Notes under the pieces: model-generated
Seen by the model: the letters and a program-made list of their open reading frames with translations, nothing else
The model's database searches: none
What the model was told of the DNA's origin: nothing
Shown: positions 1 to 12,577 of the stretch, in pieces
Position numbering within the stretch: position 1 is the first letter of the stretch
How the letters are laid out: the number at the start of each line of letters is the position of its first letter
Assembly (NCBI GenBank): GCA_964016885.1
Contig: OZ024740.1
Location: 301,444,001 to 301,508,000, forward strand
Origin: Eledone cirrhosa
Lineage: Eukaryota
Reading direction: 5' to 3'
DNA length: 64,000 nucleotides
Position numbers and translations under genes: made by a program

Positions 1-36
1 TATATACGGGTGGGTGTGTGAGGGTGTGCGTGTGTA

Positions 37-67
<31 letters not shown>

Positions 68-75
68 TTATATAT

Positions 76-480
76 ACGAGGGGTCTATAAATAGTTAACG
101 TTAAAAGGACAGTTGGAAAATATGGTTTCAGTTATGATGCCTATATTTAAATATATGCACCTTCTTCCACTTCTAAAACGAATTATCCATTTGTAGACAT
201 TTGTAGGTTGTTGATTTGTTTGGGGCATTATTCCCATTCCTACAGAGCATAAATTTGGCTCCGCTTGCTCACTAGCTTCACCATGAATTTGATGTATTGA
301 TGGAGGCCTTGTTGCTGTCTTCCAACTAAAGTGGCTGCGTTGCGACATTCATTTAAGAGTTCATATCAGTAAATGTTTTGTCATGTTCGTACGAGAACGT
401 ACATGTGCATTGAGTTTAATATCCCTGCATATGACTTTTAGATATGGCTTTTACCACAAACATGTTGAAGCACTCTCGTA
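76..480. mobile_element. Possible Tc1/mariner-derived MITE remnant
   Basis: Starts TA|CGAGGGG right after a (TA)n run, which resembles mariner TIR starts. No partner TIR was found. Confidence 0.25.
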
Positions 481-529
481 TATATGATATGTTATGGACC
501 CGTAACTCCGGATAAAGCCCTAGTGCGTG

Positions 530-825
530 TGTGTAGGGGGGTATGATAAGCTGCGTTTCTTGGGCATTCAAGCACATCCTTCTGCAGGCCTGAATAGAGC
601 CGGTTTTTTAAGAGAATGATAGAAATTAAAAGAGAGAGGCAATGAGAAAGAGATATAGAGGAGGTATCGACCCAATTACTATACTGGTACATTTTTTATC
701 GACCTGGAAAGGATGAAAGGAAAAGTTGACCTCGGAAGGATTTGAGCTCAGAGAGCTGAGAAGGGGAGAACAAATACCATAAAGAATTCTATCCGACGTT
801 CTAACGATTCTGCCAATTCACCGCT
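530..825 (-). mobile_element. tRNA-derived SINE, divergent subfamily
   Basis: Reverse strand reads GCGGTGAATTGGCAGAATCGTTAG (A-box-like) ... GAGCTCAAATCC (B-box-like) ... GTCAACTTTTCCTTTCATCC ... GTCGATAAAAAATGTACCAGT, the same core as the other SINEs here. Confidence 0.75.
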
Positions 826-838
826 CTCTCTTTCTCTC

Positions 839-908
<70 letters not shown>

Positions 909-909
909 G

Positions 910-958
<49 letters not shown>

Positions 959-1037
959 TGTGTGTGTGTATGTGTGTGTGTATGTGTGTTTGTGTGTGTA
1001 TGTTTGGGTGTGTGTGTGTGTGAGTGTGTGTTTGTGT
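826..1037. repeat. Compound (TC)/(TA)/(TG)n microsatellite
   Basis: Seen directly. Confidence 0.95.
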
Positions 1038-1168
1038 CAGAAACGAAAAAGGACTGGGATTACAAGTTAGTATTCAAATACAATCTAGATACCTCAATTT
1101 TGCCTTTCGAAATATTCCCCTCGAACCTCCGCACTTTCCCATTCATTCCGCAACTCCTCCATGCATAC

Positions 1169-1334
1169 CTGCATATATTCTTTCTGATTTCTCCACGGCT
1201 CCAATGTCGCGGCCTACTTGATAACTTCTAGGACCGGGAAAGACGTCGTACTCGAAGAGCCTTGGCGCATACCCGGTGATGACTCTCCCCAGCATGGCTG
1301 GTTCGGTTCCACCACCCTCGATGTCCTGAAACAC
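1169..1334 (-). CDS. Candidate host-gene exon, product unknown (contains PGPRSY, similar to PGPxxY repeats)
   Basis: GC-richer unique segment. Acceptor ctaattcag or gtgtttcag, donor GCAG|gtatgc. One frame is open: VFQDIEGGGTEPAMLGRVITGYAPRLFEYDVFPGPRSYQVGRDIGAVEKSERIYA. Confidence 0.35.
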
Positions 1335-2019
1335 CTGAATTAGGTTGTCTCAGTTTTGCAAACTATTAATCAATCATCTCAGGTATGTTACGCCCGTCTT
1401 TAAATCGATATGTTCAGATTTATATGTCAATTGCATAGTATTTAAATGCTGCACACTTTCACAACTTTTTATTTATAATGATGTTTTCTGAATCCATTGA
1501 GGAGAGTACACACCTGAACGAAATAAGCAGCTGAAATATGTTTTAGATACGCAATAATATTAGGGTGAATAATGAAACCATTTATATGGATGAAATTTAT
1601 AACCAGAAATGGCTCCCTTTGTCCTCTGGAGGACTGAACTTAATCAAATTAAAATAACCAGAAATATGTTCTAAATACAATAATGTTGTGGTTACAGAGA
1701 GACGCACCTTTTATAAACGAAATCTGAAACGGGAAAAGCATGTTTATAGATGTTTCGACTCACGTGGTGTAAAGTTATGTTGTTCTTTGGTAAAAGCTAT
1801 CTTGAGCACATATAGGGCCTTAGCCATCCAGCGAGCATGGTAGTACTTCATGGTAGTTCACTGGGAAGATTAACAACCACCATGATTGAAAAAGGAGAGT
1901 TCTATGCACTCGGCATAGTCTTCTCAGTAACTATTACCATCTCTTTCCACTTCTGCTTGGGAGAATTTTCCATAGGCATATGATCATTTATATCTAAGGA
2001 TAGGGGAAGGGTGCGTAGG

Positions 2020-2550
2020 GTTGCAAACATACGGACGGGGGGAGGCTAGAAAGGGTGGCATAAGACGCGTTGTAGGAGGCTAGAATGTGTGGCATAACTA
2101 AGGGTGGAAGGAGGCTAGAAAGAAGGGTGGCATGATTATTTGTGGAAGAGAACTAGAAAGACTGGCATAGCTACAGGTGGAGGGATAGATGGCTAGAAGG
2201 AATGGCATTACTACCGGCCGAAGAAGGCTAGAAAAGATTGCAAAACTACGACCGGATGGAGGCTAGAAAGAGTGGAAAATTTCCGGGTTGCGGGAGTCTA
2301 GAAATGATGGTATAACTACGGACGCAGGGATGCTAGAGAGGGAGGCATAACAACGGATTGACGATGATTAGAAGGATGACCTGACTACGGAAGGTGGGAG
2401 GCTGCAAAGGGTGGCATAACTACGGTAAGAGGGAAGCTAAACAGGGCGGAAAAACTGCGGGTGGAAGGAGTCTAGAAAGAATGGCATAACAACCGGTGGA
2501 AGGGCTTTAGAAAGGGTGGTATATCTTTGTGAAAGTATGGCATAACTTAA
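2020..2550 (+). repeat. ~35-38 bp minisatellite (GGAGGCTAGAAAGGGTGGCATAACTACGG...), about 14 degenerate units
   Basis: Repeated GCTAGAAAG...GGCATAACTAC motif; inverted units recur at 3110-3225. Confidence 0.85.
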
Positions 2551-2599
2551 ACTTTTAGGATGCATTCTATTGTCTTTATATTTTGTGGTATGGACAATA

Positions 2600-3110
2600 T
2601 AGGTGTATGGGTATAATATTTCGATATTCCAGAGTTTGAACCTGCAACAGGAGAGCCAATTACAAACAAAAAGGTGTCATCCAACGACATCTATACTTAC
2701 AAACTGATGTTATGAGCAAAACAATTAAATCAATTACACATGTATTGTGATCTATTTCATCAATATCTGGTTGATATGTATGCTAAAGTTGAGAGTGACC
2801 ATCTCCTCTACATTCGTAAGAAAGTTAAGGGGTGAACATTATGTTCATCTCCAAGATGTTCTGAGGACAGATGGTGATATTGAAGACATAGGGCAACTTA
2901 TAATCCTTCCAGGATCATTCACAGGTGGTCCTCGATACATGCACTGACGAACACAAGATACTAGGACATATGTCAGAACATATGGAAAACCAAATCTTTA
3001 GTCACTTTCACCTGCAATCCTAAATAGGAGGAAATAAATTCTAACCTACTTCCAGGTCAGAAGCCCGTCATCGATATGATATTACTGCAAGAGTCTTTCG
3101 TCAAAAAGTT
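2600..3110 (+). mobile_element. Helitron Rep fragment, pseudogenised
   Basis: Pieced translation LFHQYLVDMYAKVES...KLRGEHYVHLQD...IGQLIILPGSFTGGPRYMH*RTQD...TFTCNPK...ARVFRQK matches the Helitron Rep motifs; it has stops and frameshifts. Confidence 0.85.
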
Positions 3111-3447
3111 CTAGCCTCCTTCCGTCCGTAGTTATGCCACCCTCCGGCTGTAGTTATGTGACCCTTTCTAGCCGCCCACATCTCGTAGTTATGCTATTCT
3201 GTCTAACCTCCTTCTACGCATTCCACCATTCCCATATTTTATTATCCTATGTCCCAGTGCTATACTGGCCCTTAAGACGATGATAGTCATGTTGATGGGG
3301 ATGATGATGATAATTATTATGATGAAGATGATGGTTATGATGTTGTGGAAGATGACGAATATGATTGTGATGATGATGAGCGTAGTTTTTTGCACCACCC
3401 CCCTTTCTCCCTTTTACACAATCACACCTTCACACGCACATAAGTTT

Positions 3448-3480
<33 letters not shown>

Positions 3481-3517
3481 CACACACTGAGCCTTGTGCA
3501 ACAGTTGAAACGCTTAC

Positions 3518-3612
3518 CTTTTTTGCGCCGTAAAATGTTCACCTTCCCTCTTCCTTCGTCTTAACTCATTCATCTCACGATGGAACTGATACACGGACGG
3601 ATAAGACTCGAC
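3518..3612 (-). CDS. Candidate host-gene exon
   Basis: Strong donor AAG|gtaagc, weak acceptor aag. Open frame VESYPSVYQFHREMNELRRRKREGEHFTAQK. Confidence 0.3.
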
Positions 3613-4593
3613 CTTTATTTAAATAGATATTGCTATTCTAAAATTCTAAGAGCTTGACTTTTTCCTATTAGCCATTTTCCCCGAAAATAACGGCACATGA
3701 ATTATATATAGAAAACAAAATACATTTATGATTAGGAGTTTCCACCGCACGGAAAATGGAATAATATATAATGAAACTGTTTGCAGTCAACAAATGATTT
3801 CCTGCTGAACATTCCATGTAGATTGAGTTCACGTATTTCAGAATAATTTGCCCGAAGATAAAAAAAATATATACATGAAATTAGTTCATTCAACTTTTGT
3901 AAGCGTATAGGAGCACGAGATAAATATGTAGTTTCTGGCATATAAATACATAGTTTTTCAATCAATGTATTTTTACATATATATTCAATTATCTAGATCT
4001 GCAGACAGATGTTTAGGAAAAGTGTTGCCCTTCAAGGAAGTTTAAAATAATTAAATCATTAAAATATATTAAAATATTTAGAGAAGGAGGAAAAATAGTA
4101 ATTGATAATTATTTCAGTGTGGGAGTATTGACTAAAATGTTAATGCTGAAATGATTTGTTTATAATGAAAAAATAAGTAAAAGTAATAAGCAATGCGTCA
4201 TATAACAGGTATTTTTGCGAAATATTTAATGATTGAAGCAGGTTTCTTTCTGGGAGAATTCAGGAATATTTTCATTCAGCTTATGTGGTATTTGGCCAAA
4301 CGTAACTGGTTTGCGTATGTACATATTGACATACCTATTCAAATTCTCTAAAGTAGACATAACGTTTCTTTATGTATTGACAAAAATTGACGAATTTCTA
4401 TTCACATTAGCTGTAGAAATGTATTGATTTTTAGAGTCTGTAATGATTGACTGCCACAAATATTTGTATTTCAGATGTTAAGTAATTCAAACTTCTTTAG
4501 CAAATATATTGATTTATGATGTCAAAACTATATTAGTTCTAAGCATTCTTCAAAATTAAACCTTTATGAAACAGAATAAGCTGATATACTCAC

Positions 4594-4656
4594 CGACCTT
4601 CAAATTCATATACAGTTGACTCGATATCATTTGTGCAAAGTCTTCTCCACAATGAA
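4594..4656 (-). CDS. Candidate small host-gene exon
   Basis: Acceptor tttttcttatatag, donor |gtgagt, 63 nt, two frames open. Confidence 0.25.
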
Positions 4657-4794
4657 CTATATAAGAAAAACTAAAGATTCCGAAAAACAGGAATATTTAA
4701 TGTAGAAATTGTACGTTTACGCGAATATACAAACAATATTAGATGCAGAAATTTCTTTCAGAATCTTGAAAGTAATGAATGTTTTTTATCTAAA

Positions 4795-4980
4795 GGGCGG
4801 TGGATTGGCAGCATCGGTAGAGGTTTGGATGCTTTGCAGCATAGAGTTACCGGCATTTAGGGTCTGAGTTCAAATGTCGCCAAAGTTAACTTTGCCCTTC
4901 ATCCTTATGTGATCGATAAAATAAAGTACCAACAATTCACTCGGATAACTGCTGGCCTTGTGCCAAAAGTAGAAACAGTT
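4795..4980 (+). mobile_element. tRNA-derived SINE
   Basis: GGCGGTGGATTGGCAGCATCGGTAG head, GAGTTCAAAT B-box, TCGATAAAATAAAGTACC core, GCTGGCCTTGTGCC...AGTAGAAAC tail. Confidence 0.9.
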
Positions 4981-5099
4981 AATGTCTAAAGAATTTATAT
5001 ATTTATAGTCTCGACGTTATATCTTCATGGTTATCTATAAGTAAACACCGGTTTCAGTCAGAGACTCTTAACGATCATAAATGGTATGATATGCTAAAA

Positions 5100-5850
5100 T
5101 ACTTTATTTGATGATCTGAAGTCGGATTTCAGCTTAACCCCAATGTCATCATGTGCGTTAATATTGGATATCTTTACATGTCTCTGCTGTGTCTTGTAGG
5201 GCTGGCGTGTACTACAACTGCACGAGGGAAGATTTATGGCTAATCGAAGATGTGTAGGCCTTCCTCTTCGATCAGATGGGTTCTTTGACCTTTTGATATA
5301 ACCAAGGGGTCCTAAGGCCCGTCGGTAACTCCCCAAGCCTCCGTTGCCAGCAGTAATTAAAAGCTGAAGTACAAACTGCTGATATGAACAATCTCCACTC
5401 CTTAATTTACTTGGGCTTTTCTCTGAGTTTAGTTGCAATAGTATCTGCATACCTTGTTTTTACATCCTTATTCACCAAAGCTTCCCACTTTATTACGTTG
5501 GGCAATCGGGACCTGCCAGTTTCTTGGGTCTCTTTGGCTTTAGATAGTCTAAAGTTGCAGAGGACTAGATATTGATCAGTTGACTGCTAAGCCCTTCTCT
5601 TAAAACCCATTGAAGGGAACGGAGACAACAACAAAATCAATTATCGATCTCTGCCCCTGATTCCACTTATACTCTATATATTTATGGATGTCTCTGTCCT
5701 GTAAGAACATTTTCATAATGAAGTGTTCATTGCTAAGAAATATGTCTGATAAGACGTCTCCATTAATTTCTAGATCGGGATTGTCATTCCTTCCAATCAC
5801 TCCTTTATGTGCCAAGTCGTAGTTTCCAGCATGCGCATTGACATTTTCTA
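5100..5850 (-). mobile_element. Decayed RTE-clade LINE fragment (APE endonuclease region)
   Basis: NAHAGN...KGVIGRNDNPDL...NG...QGQRSIIDFVVVS (5600-5850) is typical of RTE/Expander AP endonuclease. The extent outside that part is approximate. Confidence 0.7.
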
Positions 5851-7211
5851 TACGTATATATGACTCGTAATTTTCTGCCTAAGCCTCAAGAAACAAATTC
5901 TTCTTCCACATTGTGTCCAGTCAATAACACATTTTGACGGCGGGGGACTTATGATTATCCCCCCCCCCCCACCGGTGAAGTCATTTCTCACGCGACAGCT
6001 CAATAATGGAGTTTTCAACTTCCATTCAATTCTACAGAACCAGAAGCACGGAATTTCTTTCAGGAAACACCGACTATATCTAACCAGTAGCACCTGGCCT
6101 CATCCGTTAGTTTTTGTTTTTTTTACCAGTAAGGGTTGTGATATCCCACATCCCAATTGTTAAGGACTGCACCCACCGGAACCCTCTCTGGGATGTCGGG
6201 ATCCTCAGTCTTTGTGCATCCATCCAACCCCTCCCTGGACAGGTTACAGGCCTATCACCAATTTTATAGCATGAAACGAAGACTGCAATTTATTTTTCAT
6301 ACATAGCTAATGTCTGAACAAGTTCCTCGTTAAACACTGAAGGAGGATGTGATAAGATTTGTTCTGTTGCCTCGCACCATATTGCTCTTTTGGTGGTCTT
6401 ATTAGCACCAGGCACCAATCTGGTACATTCGCTGACCCGCGAAGACTACGCTGATTTTTGTGACAGCCATTACTCGGCTCGTTATAACTACATCATTGGG
6501 TTGTGAGAGCTTCCTGCAGCTAAATGTTTCAACCACTGATCAATCTACCCTAGCATATTACAGCAGTTGGTCCAGTGTTTTATATTCGTCCGGTAGTTGA
6601 TTGCTTACATCGCCAGTAATCATATTATCTGCTGGTGGTTTCGCTATCTACCACCTCCGTCTGTTCTCTAACAGAACATATCTGCCGAAAATATTACACA
6701 TTTGTAAAATCGTTTAAACATATGACTTTTTCTAATTTTGTTTAAAATATTTTTAGTCGATTGTAGTTTATTCGTTTCGTAGTATAATAATGATTATGTT
6801 TTATTAAAGGAATATTTTTAATCAAATTACTTAACTTCCTTTTGGTTACATGATCACCAACATGTTTGGTCCTTAAATTTCATAGCAATTTTGTTTAAAA
6901 GTAAACGTTTATCCATATATTCAAATTTTAACTCCGTAGAGATATCCATTCCTCTGTAATATCTGTGACTGAGTTTGTTGTTAATGTATTTCAGATAAAT
7001 ACGTGTTACTAACACAATACACAAGAATGTTAAGAGACGATCCTAGTAGAATAAAAAAAAGAACGCTAACATTATTTAGAATCATTATTCTTTTGTTGAA
7101 TTCATTGATTGTATTTCTAATAAGTTATCTAATCTCATTTGTTGAAGTGACATATAAATTAACTCTATTACCAGCTAAAATGTCTGTATGCTTAATCAGC
7201 ATTATTGTTTT

Positions 7212-7556
7212 ATGCTTTCCAGCATAGTTACGTCCCTTTACGATCTGAGTTCAAATCCCGCCGAGGTTGACTATGCGTTTCATCCTTACGGGGACGATAA
7301 AATAAAGTACCAGTAATTGCTGGCCTTGTGCCTAACGTAGAAACAATTATTGTTTTAATGCTCATTAGACATACAGTATCGGTAGATGGTCAGATGCCAT
7401 GCTTTGACGTATAGAGTTACGGCCCTTGCCAATTTAAGTTCAAATCCCGCCGAGGATAACTTTGCCTTCCATCCTTACGGGGTCGATAAAATAAAGCACC
7501 AGTAATGCACTGGGTAATTGCTGGCCTTGTGCCAAAAGTAGAAACAATTATTGTTT
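7212..7556 (+). mobile_element. Two head-to-tail SINE copies (7212-7352, 7374-7556), 5'-truncated
   Basis: Both carry GTTCAAATCCCGCCGAGG...CATCCTTACGGGG...GCTGGCCTTGTGCC. Confidence 0.9.
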
Positions 7557-7699
7557 TAATGTTTCAGTATAGAGATTGACTTTTCACACATGTGTGTATA
7601 GGGTTATTTAAAACCCCGAGGAACAGTGATGAACATTTAGCTGAGTTTCTCCGTGTTTCAGAAATATCTTTAAAATGGGGCAGTAATCCCCCTCTCTCT

Positions 7700-7829
<130 letters not shown>

Positions 7830-7912
7830 GTTTGTGTGTATGTGTGTGTGGGTGTGTGTGTGTTCGTCTGTGTCTGCGCGTGCGTGTATGTGCGAGTGCT
7901 TATGTGTGTGCA

Positions 7913-8305
7913 TGATTGGCAGTATTGGTAGAGGGTCGGACGCCATGCTTTGCAGCAAAGAGTTACGGCCCTTAATGGTCTGAGTTCAAATCCCGCCGAG
8001 GTTAACTTTGCCTTTCATCCTTACGGGGTCGATAAAATAAAGTACCAGTAATGTACTGGTAATTTGCTGGCCTTGTGCCTAGAGTAGAAACAATTATATA
8101 TATATATATGTATAAAGGCGGTGGATTGGCAGTATCGGTAGAGGGTCGGACGCCATGCTTTCCAGCATAGTTACGTCCCTTTACGGTCTGAGTTCAAATC
8201 CCACCGAGGTTAACTTTGCATTTCATCCTTACGGGGTCGATAAAAAAAAGTACCAGTAATGCACTGGGTATTTGCTGGCCTTGTGCCTAAATTACAAACA
8301 ATTAT
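7913..8305 (+). mobile_element. Two head-to-tail SINE copies (7913-8095, 8116-8305)
   Basis: Near-consensus copies separated by a short (TA)n. Confidence 0.92.
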
Positions 8306-8404
8306 ATATATATGTATATGTATATAATGCACACACACACACACACTCACACACACGCACACGCACACACACACATATTTATATATATATATATATATAT
8401 ATAT

Positions 8405-8790
8405 GATGGACTCTCCCGTCGATATCCGACGTATGAGTGGCCAACAAAATTCAAATGTGAGAAAGTGTACTGATGTTGAACTACCTCCACAAAGTTTTGT
8501 TTTACGTGGTGAAGGCTTGTGTCGGACCAACCACACTTTTGGGAACTGACGACACATATCTTCGGTGCAAATGTATGCCACAGAAAATACATCGACAGTA
8601 CACAGCTATCTGGAAGGTCGTTGATCCTTTTCCGGGTCTTGTATTTCATCCCGCAAGGTGTCCAGGCATATATCACCCTCCTCACCAAGCAAACTTGGTG
8701 GGGTTGCCGGTTTTGTCGCCGACAAACCGACAATGAGACAGGTTATACTGGATTACAGTTGCTAATAGCACTCGAGAGCGAACTGACATA
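8405..8790 (-). mobile_element. Non-autonomous RTE-derived short element (structured 5' part fused to an RTE-like 3' end)
   Basis: 385 bp between (TA)n runs. The 3' end ...GTTGGCCACTCATACGTCGGATATCGACGGGAGAGTCCATCA(TA)n resembles RTE 3' ends; the 5' part has strong hairpins. Confidence 0.45.
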
Positions 8791-8828
8791 AATATATATA
8801 TATATATGTGTGTGTGTGGGGGGGTGTA

Positions 8829-8898
<70 letters not shown>

Positions 8899-8899
8899 T

Positions 8900-9388
8900 G
8901 TAAAAGGTAAACATAAATAACAACACAATCGGTACAGTATATGGAAGGATTATATTAGGTTAACGCTTGAAATAGCAGGAAGAGGGTCCTACTGTTTCGG
9001 GCAATAGTCCTGCATTATAAGAAAGAATGAGAAATAAGGGACCGGCGGGGTGCAATTGGAAAAAAAATGAATTTAGATAAAAATAATAGCTCCATTAATA
9101 CAAATAGGGGGGAGCGGTTGGAGGAAGCGTTTGAGAGTGGAATGGAGCTGGCGGTGAAGAGATTTGAGATTGGTCATGTGGAAGATACTAGGGTGGGTGC
9201 GAAAAATAGAGGGGTGAGAAGAAGGGGTGTAAGCTGATTATAGTAGATGAAAAATGAGAGTAAGTCGTTGAATATTTAAATGCAAGAAGCAAAGACAATT
9301 TCAGTAACACGAAAAGATTTCCTGGTGGAAATTCAGGTAAACTCCGTGTTTATATCCCGTTTCAGATTTGAAAATCCAACGAACGTAT
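8900..9388 (-). mobile_element. PLE 3'-end remnant
   Basis: Minus strand starts RWIFKSETGYKHGV, like PLE GIY-YIG C-termini (WIxxLxTxxPxGLN). A C-rich UTR follows, then a degenerate HHR 3' half GCCC GAAA CAG TA. Confidence 0.4.
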
Positions 9389-9457
9389 AAATATATATAT
9401 ATATATATAAGATAAAAATACTTGAGTGCATTAGAGTGCATTGAGTGCATTGAGTGC

Positions 9458-9519
<62 letters not shown>

Positions 9520-9790
9520 TGAACAGGCAGTCTACTCATATGCATATCAGGCCGATCGGTCATGCATATTTTAGAAAATATTTATTTTCACTAACTCTGA
9601 CAGTTGGCATGTAAGCAGTATACTGTACTGATGAAGGTTAATCACCTAGAATCAGTAGTGTCCGAAGTTCTGTGTACATGCCAACAGACGACCAAGGATG
9701 ACGGAGTTATTCTAATAACATGGCTTTACAGAGGGGAGGGTATTTTCATAATTGCAAAGAAATCGTATATTATTATTAGTATCCGAAAAA

Positions 9791-9873
<83 letters not shown>

Positions 9874-9876
9874 CAA

Positions 9877-9946
<70 letters not shown>

Positions 9947-10073
9947 TATGTATATATATAAAATTTCAAGTTATCAATAATGGAGTGATAATATATCGTC
10001 ACGTAAGAGATGAACAGCGTACGTGTAGGTTTGCTCAACGAGTATAAATTATATTCCGGAGAAAATGTTGAAA

Positions 10074-11376
10074 AGATGAATATAAAATTAAACTGCTTTT
10101 ATAAAGGAATTTATTAGGTATTGACATATGTTTCTGTAACAGACGGAATACTTATGTATCGCTGCTTGCGTAATCATATCATTGTTTCTACTTTTCGGCA
10201 CAAAGCCAGCAATTACCCAGTGCATTACTGGTACCTTATTTTATCGACCCCGTAAGGATGAAAGGCAAAGTTAACCTCGACGGGATTTGAACTCAGATCA
10301 TAAAGGGACGTAACTATATGCTTCAAAGCATGGTGTCCGACTCTCTTAGCAAATGTATAATCAGTTGTCACTTCTTCAGAGATACTGGATAAATTGGAAA
10401 AAATCAGAAAAATCAAAGTATTTATATTAGTTGTAAGAAAATAAGAAGAGAAGGGAAAGTATATGACATATGGCAATTAAATTTGCTGGTAAACAAGTAT
10501 ATAGAAGGTTTTTAATGAGAATACAATGAGTATATGGCTTATTTTATCTAAATAAGAATATTTGGGAGTGCCTATTTTAATCTATATTTGACCAATTGAT
10601 CAACGGACAGGGCTGGTCGTTTGTTGTAGTATTATTAATACAGATATAAAGTGTCAAGTAAGGAAGAGAGAGATTTTCACTGCTACTGTATAACAATAAT
10701 GAATCTTCAAATCTATATTTTCATATTACAAACGCTATCAGAATTGAACGCCTGTCTCAATCTCCGCTTGATTGTCAAAATACATATTAACATTCACTAT
10801 TAGTCTTAATTCTATCAACTCTTCTATTATTTACCATTTAATATAAACTGCTATAGATAAAATGAGATTTCTTAATTCAATTCCCTAATGCATATACCAG
10901 CAGCCTACCAGCATTGTTGTTATACCGTAGCAGTGAAAATCTCTGTCTTCTTTACTTGACACTTTATATCTGTATTAATATTACTACACCAACGACCTGC
11001 CCTGTCCATTGTTCAATATAGATTAAAATAGGCACCCCCCACAATTCTTATTTAGATGAAATAAGCCATATACTCATTGTATTCTCATTAAAAACCTTCT
11101 ATATACTTGTTTACCAGCAAATTGAATTGCCATCTGTCATATACTATCCCTTCTCTTCTTCCTTTCTTACAACTAATATAAATACTTTGATTTTTCTGAT
11201 TTTTTCCAATTTATCCAATATCTCTGAAGAAGTGACAACTGATTATATATTTGCTATGGAATACTTGCTAACATTATATGATTACTCAAGCAGCGATACA
11301 TAGGTATTCCGTCTGTTACAGAAATATATGTCAATACCTAATAAATTCCTTTATAAAAGCACTTTCATTTTATATT

Positions 11377-11384
<8 letters not shown>
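10074..11384. mobile_element. Foldback element: ~470 bp inverted arms (10074-10702 including a SINE; 10911-11384) with ~210 bp spacer
   Basis: The arms are reverse complements with high identity, e.g. TTTATAAAGGAATTTATTAGGTATTGACATAT versus ATATGTCAATACCTAATAAATTCCTTTATAAA. Confidence 0.85.
10180..10347 (-). mobile_element. SINE inserted in the left foldback arm
   Basis: Reverse-complement SINE core; absent from the right arm. Confidence 0.9.
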
Positions 11385-11415
<31 letters not shown>

Positions 11416-11416
<1 letters not shown>

Positions 11417-11595
11417 GTTATTCCGGGTTGAATCGGAGGTAACCACAGTAAGTAAGGTACTCAATACATAGCAGAGTATAAGAGTGTTAATATAGATGAG
11501 ATTCTACATGACTAGAACTGTTTCATTCTTCAGAAATCATCAGGATTCCTGATGATTTCTGAAGAATGAAACAGTTCTAGTCCTGTAGAATCTCA

Positions 11596-11598
<3 letters not shown>
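11416..11598 (-). mobile_element. Micro-PLE palindrome (family D) with an HHR on both arms
   Basis: Inverted repeat centred at ~11546. Plus arm: CAGGATTC CTGATGA TTTC TGAA GAAT GAAA CAG TT CTAGTCCTG. The minus arm continues into a unique tail. Flanked by (TA)n. Confidence 0.8.
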
Positions 11599-11632
<34 letters not shown>

Positions 11633-11638
<6 letters not shown>

Positions 11639-12577
11639 AAATATGATAATAATGGAGCTGCGGCGTTGCAAATGGGTTACATATGAAAAAGTTTGTCCTT
11701 CATCAGCGATCTTCCAACCATATAGGCATTTCATCGCTTTAAAGACCATATACCTCCGGTTGGTGCGAGCAACGGCTAAAAAAAGTCGTTGGTACACGTA
11801 AATAAATTGCACGCGAGAGTAAACAAACAAAATGGTTTAAGCAACAGAAAGTGATGAAGAAAGAGACAAGTCCCAGATTTCTATGAATTTAAATTCGGTG
11901 AAATCGTGAAAGAGAGCATAAAGACCATCAAACCTGGTTGAAATGTGAGCAAGGAAGGAATTTCGCAGAGGTCTAACGGGGGAAAGAAGGGATCCGGTCT
12001 GCGAATTCGGTAAACTTAAGTTCTGTAAAATCGTAGACGAGAGAGAGAAAAAAAATTCATACCAGCTTGGCCAGCGTGCGAGAGAAAAGAATCACACACA
12101 GGTCAAACGGGAAGAAAGAGGAGGAGGAGAGGTAGTGACAGAGAATGAGTCAGTGAAGGTCGAGGAAGAGGCTAACAGAGAGAAAGACTGCTAGAAAGGG
12201 TAAAGATACAAAGAACGAAACAGACGGGTAGCAGCAGAGGAAAAAATATATGTGTAAATATGATAATAATGGAGCTGCGGCGTTGCAAATGGGTTACATA
12301 TGAAAAAGTTTGTCCTTCATCAGTGATCTTCCAACCATCATAGGCATTTCATCGCTTTAAAGACCATATACCTCCGGTTGGTGCGAGCAACGGCTAAAAA
12401 AAGTCGTTGGGACACGTAAATAAAGGGGACGCGAGGGTAAACAAACAAAATGGTTTAAGCAACAGAAAGTGATGAAGAAAGAGACAAGTCCCAGATTTCT
12501 CTGAATTTAAATTCGGTGAAATCGTAAACGAGAGAATAAAGACCATCAAACATGGTTGAAATGTGAGCAAGGAAGGA

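Noticed and set aside
2020-2550. CRISPR-like repeat-spacer array
   Set aside because: Units are contiguous degenerate tandem repeats without unique spacers, the context is eukaryotic, and there are no cas genes.
8983-9022. Hammerhead in the 8.9-9.4 kb PLE remnant
   Set aside because: Only the GAAA half is recognisable and the CUGAnGA core is lost, so it is not counted as a ribozyme.
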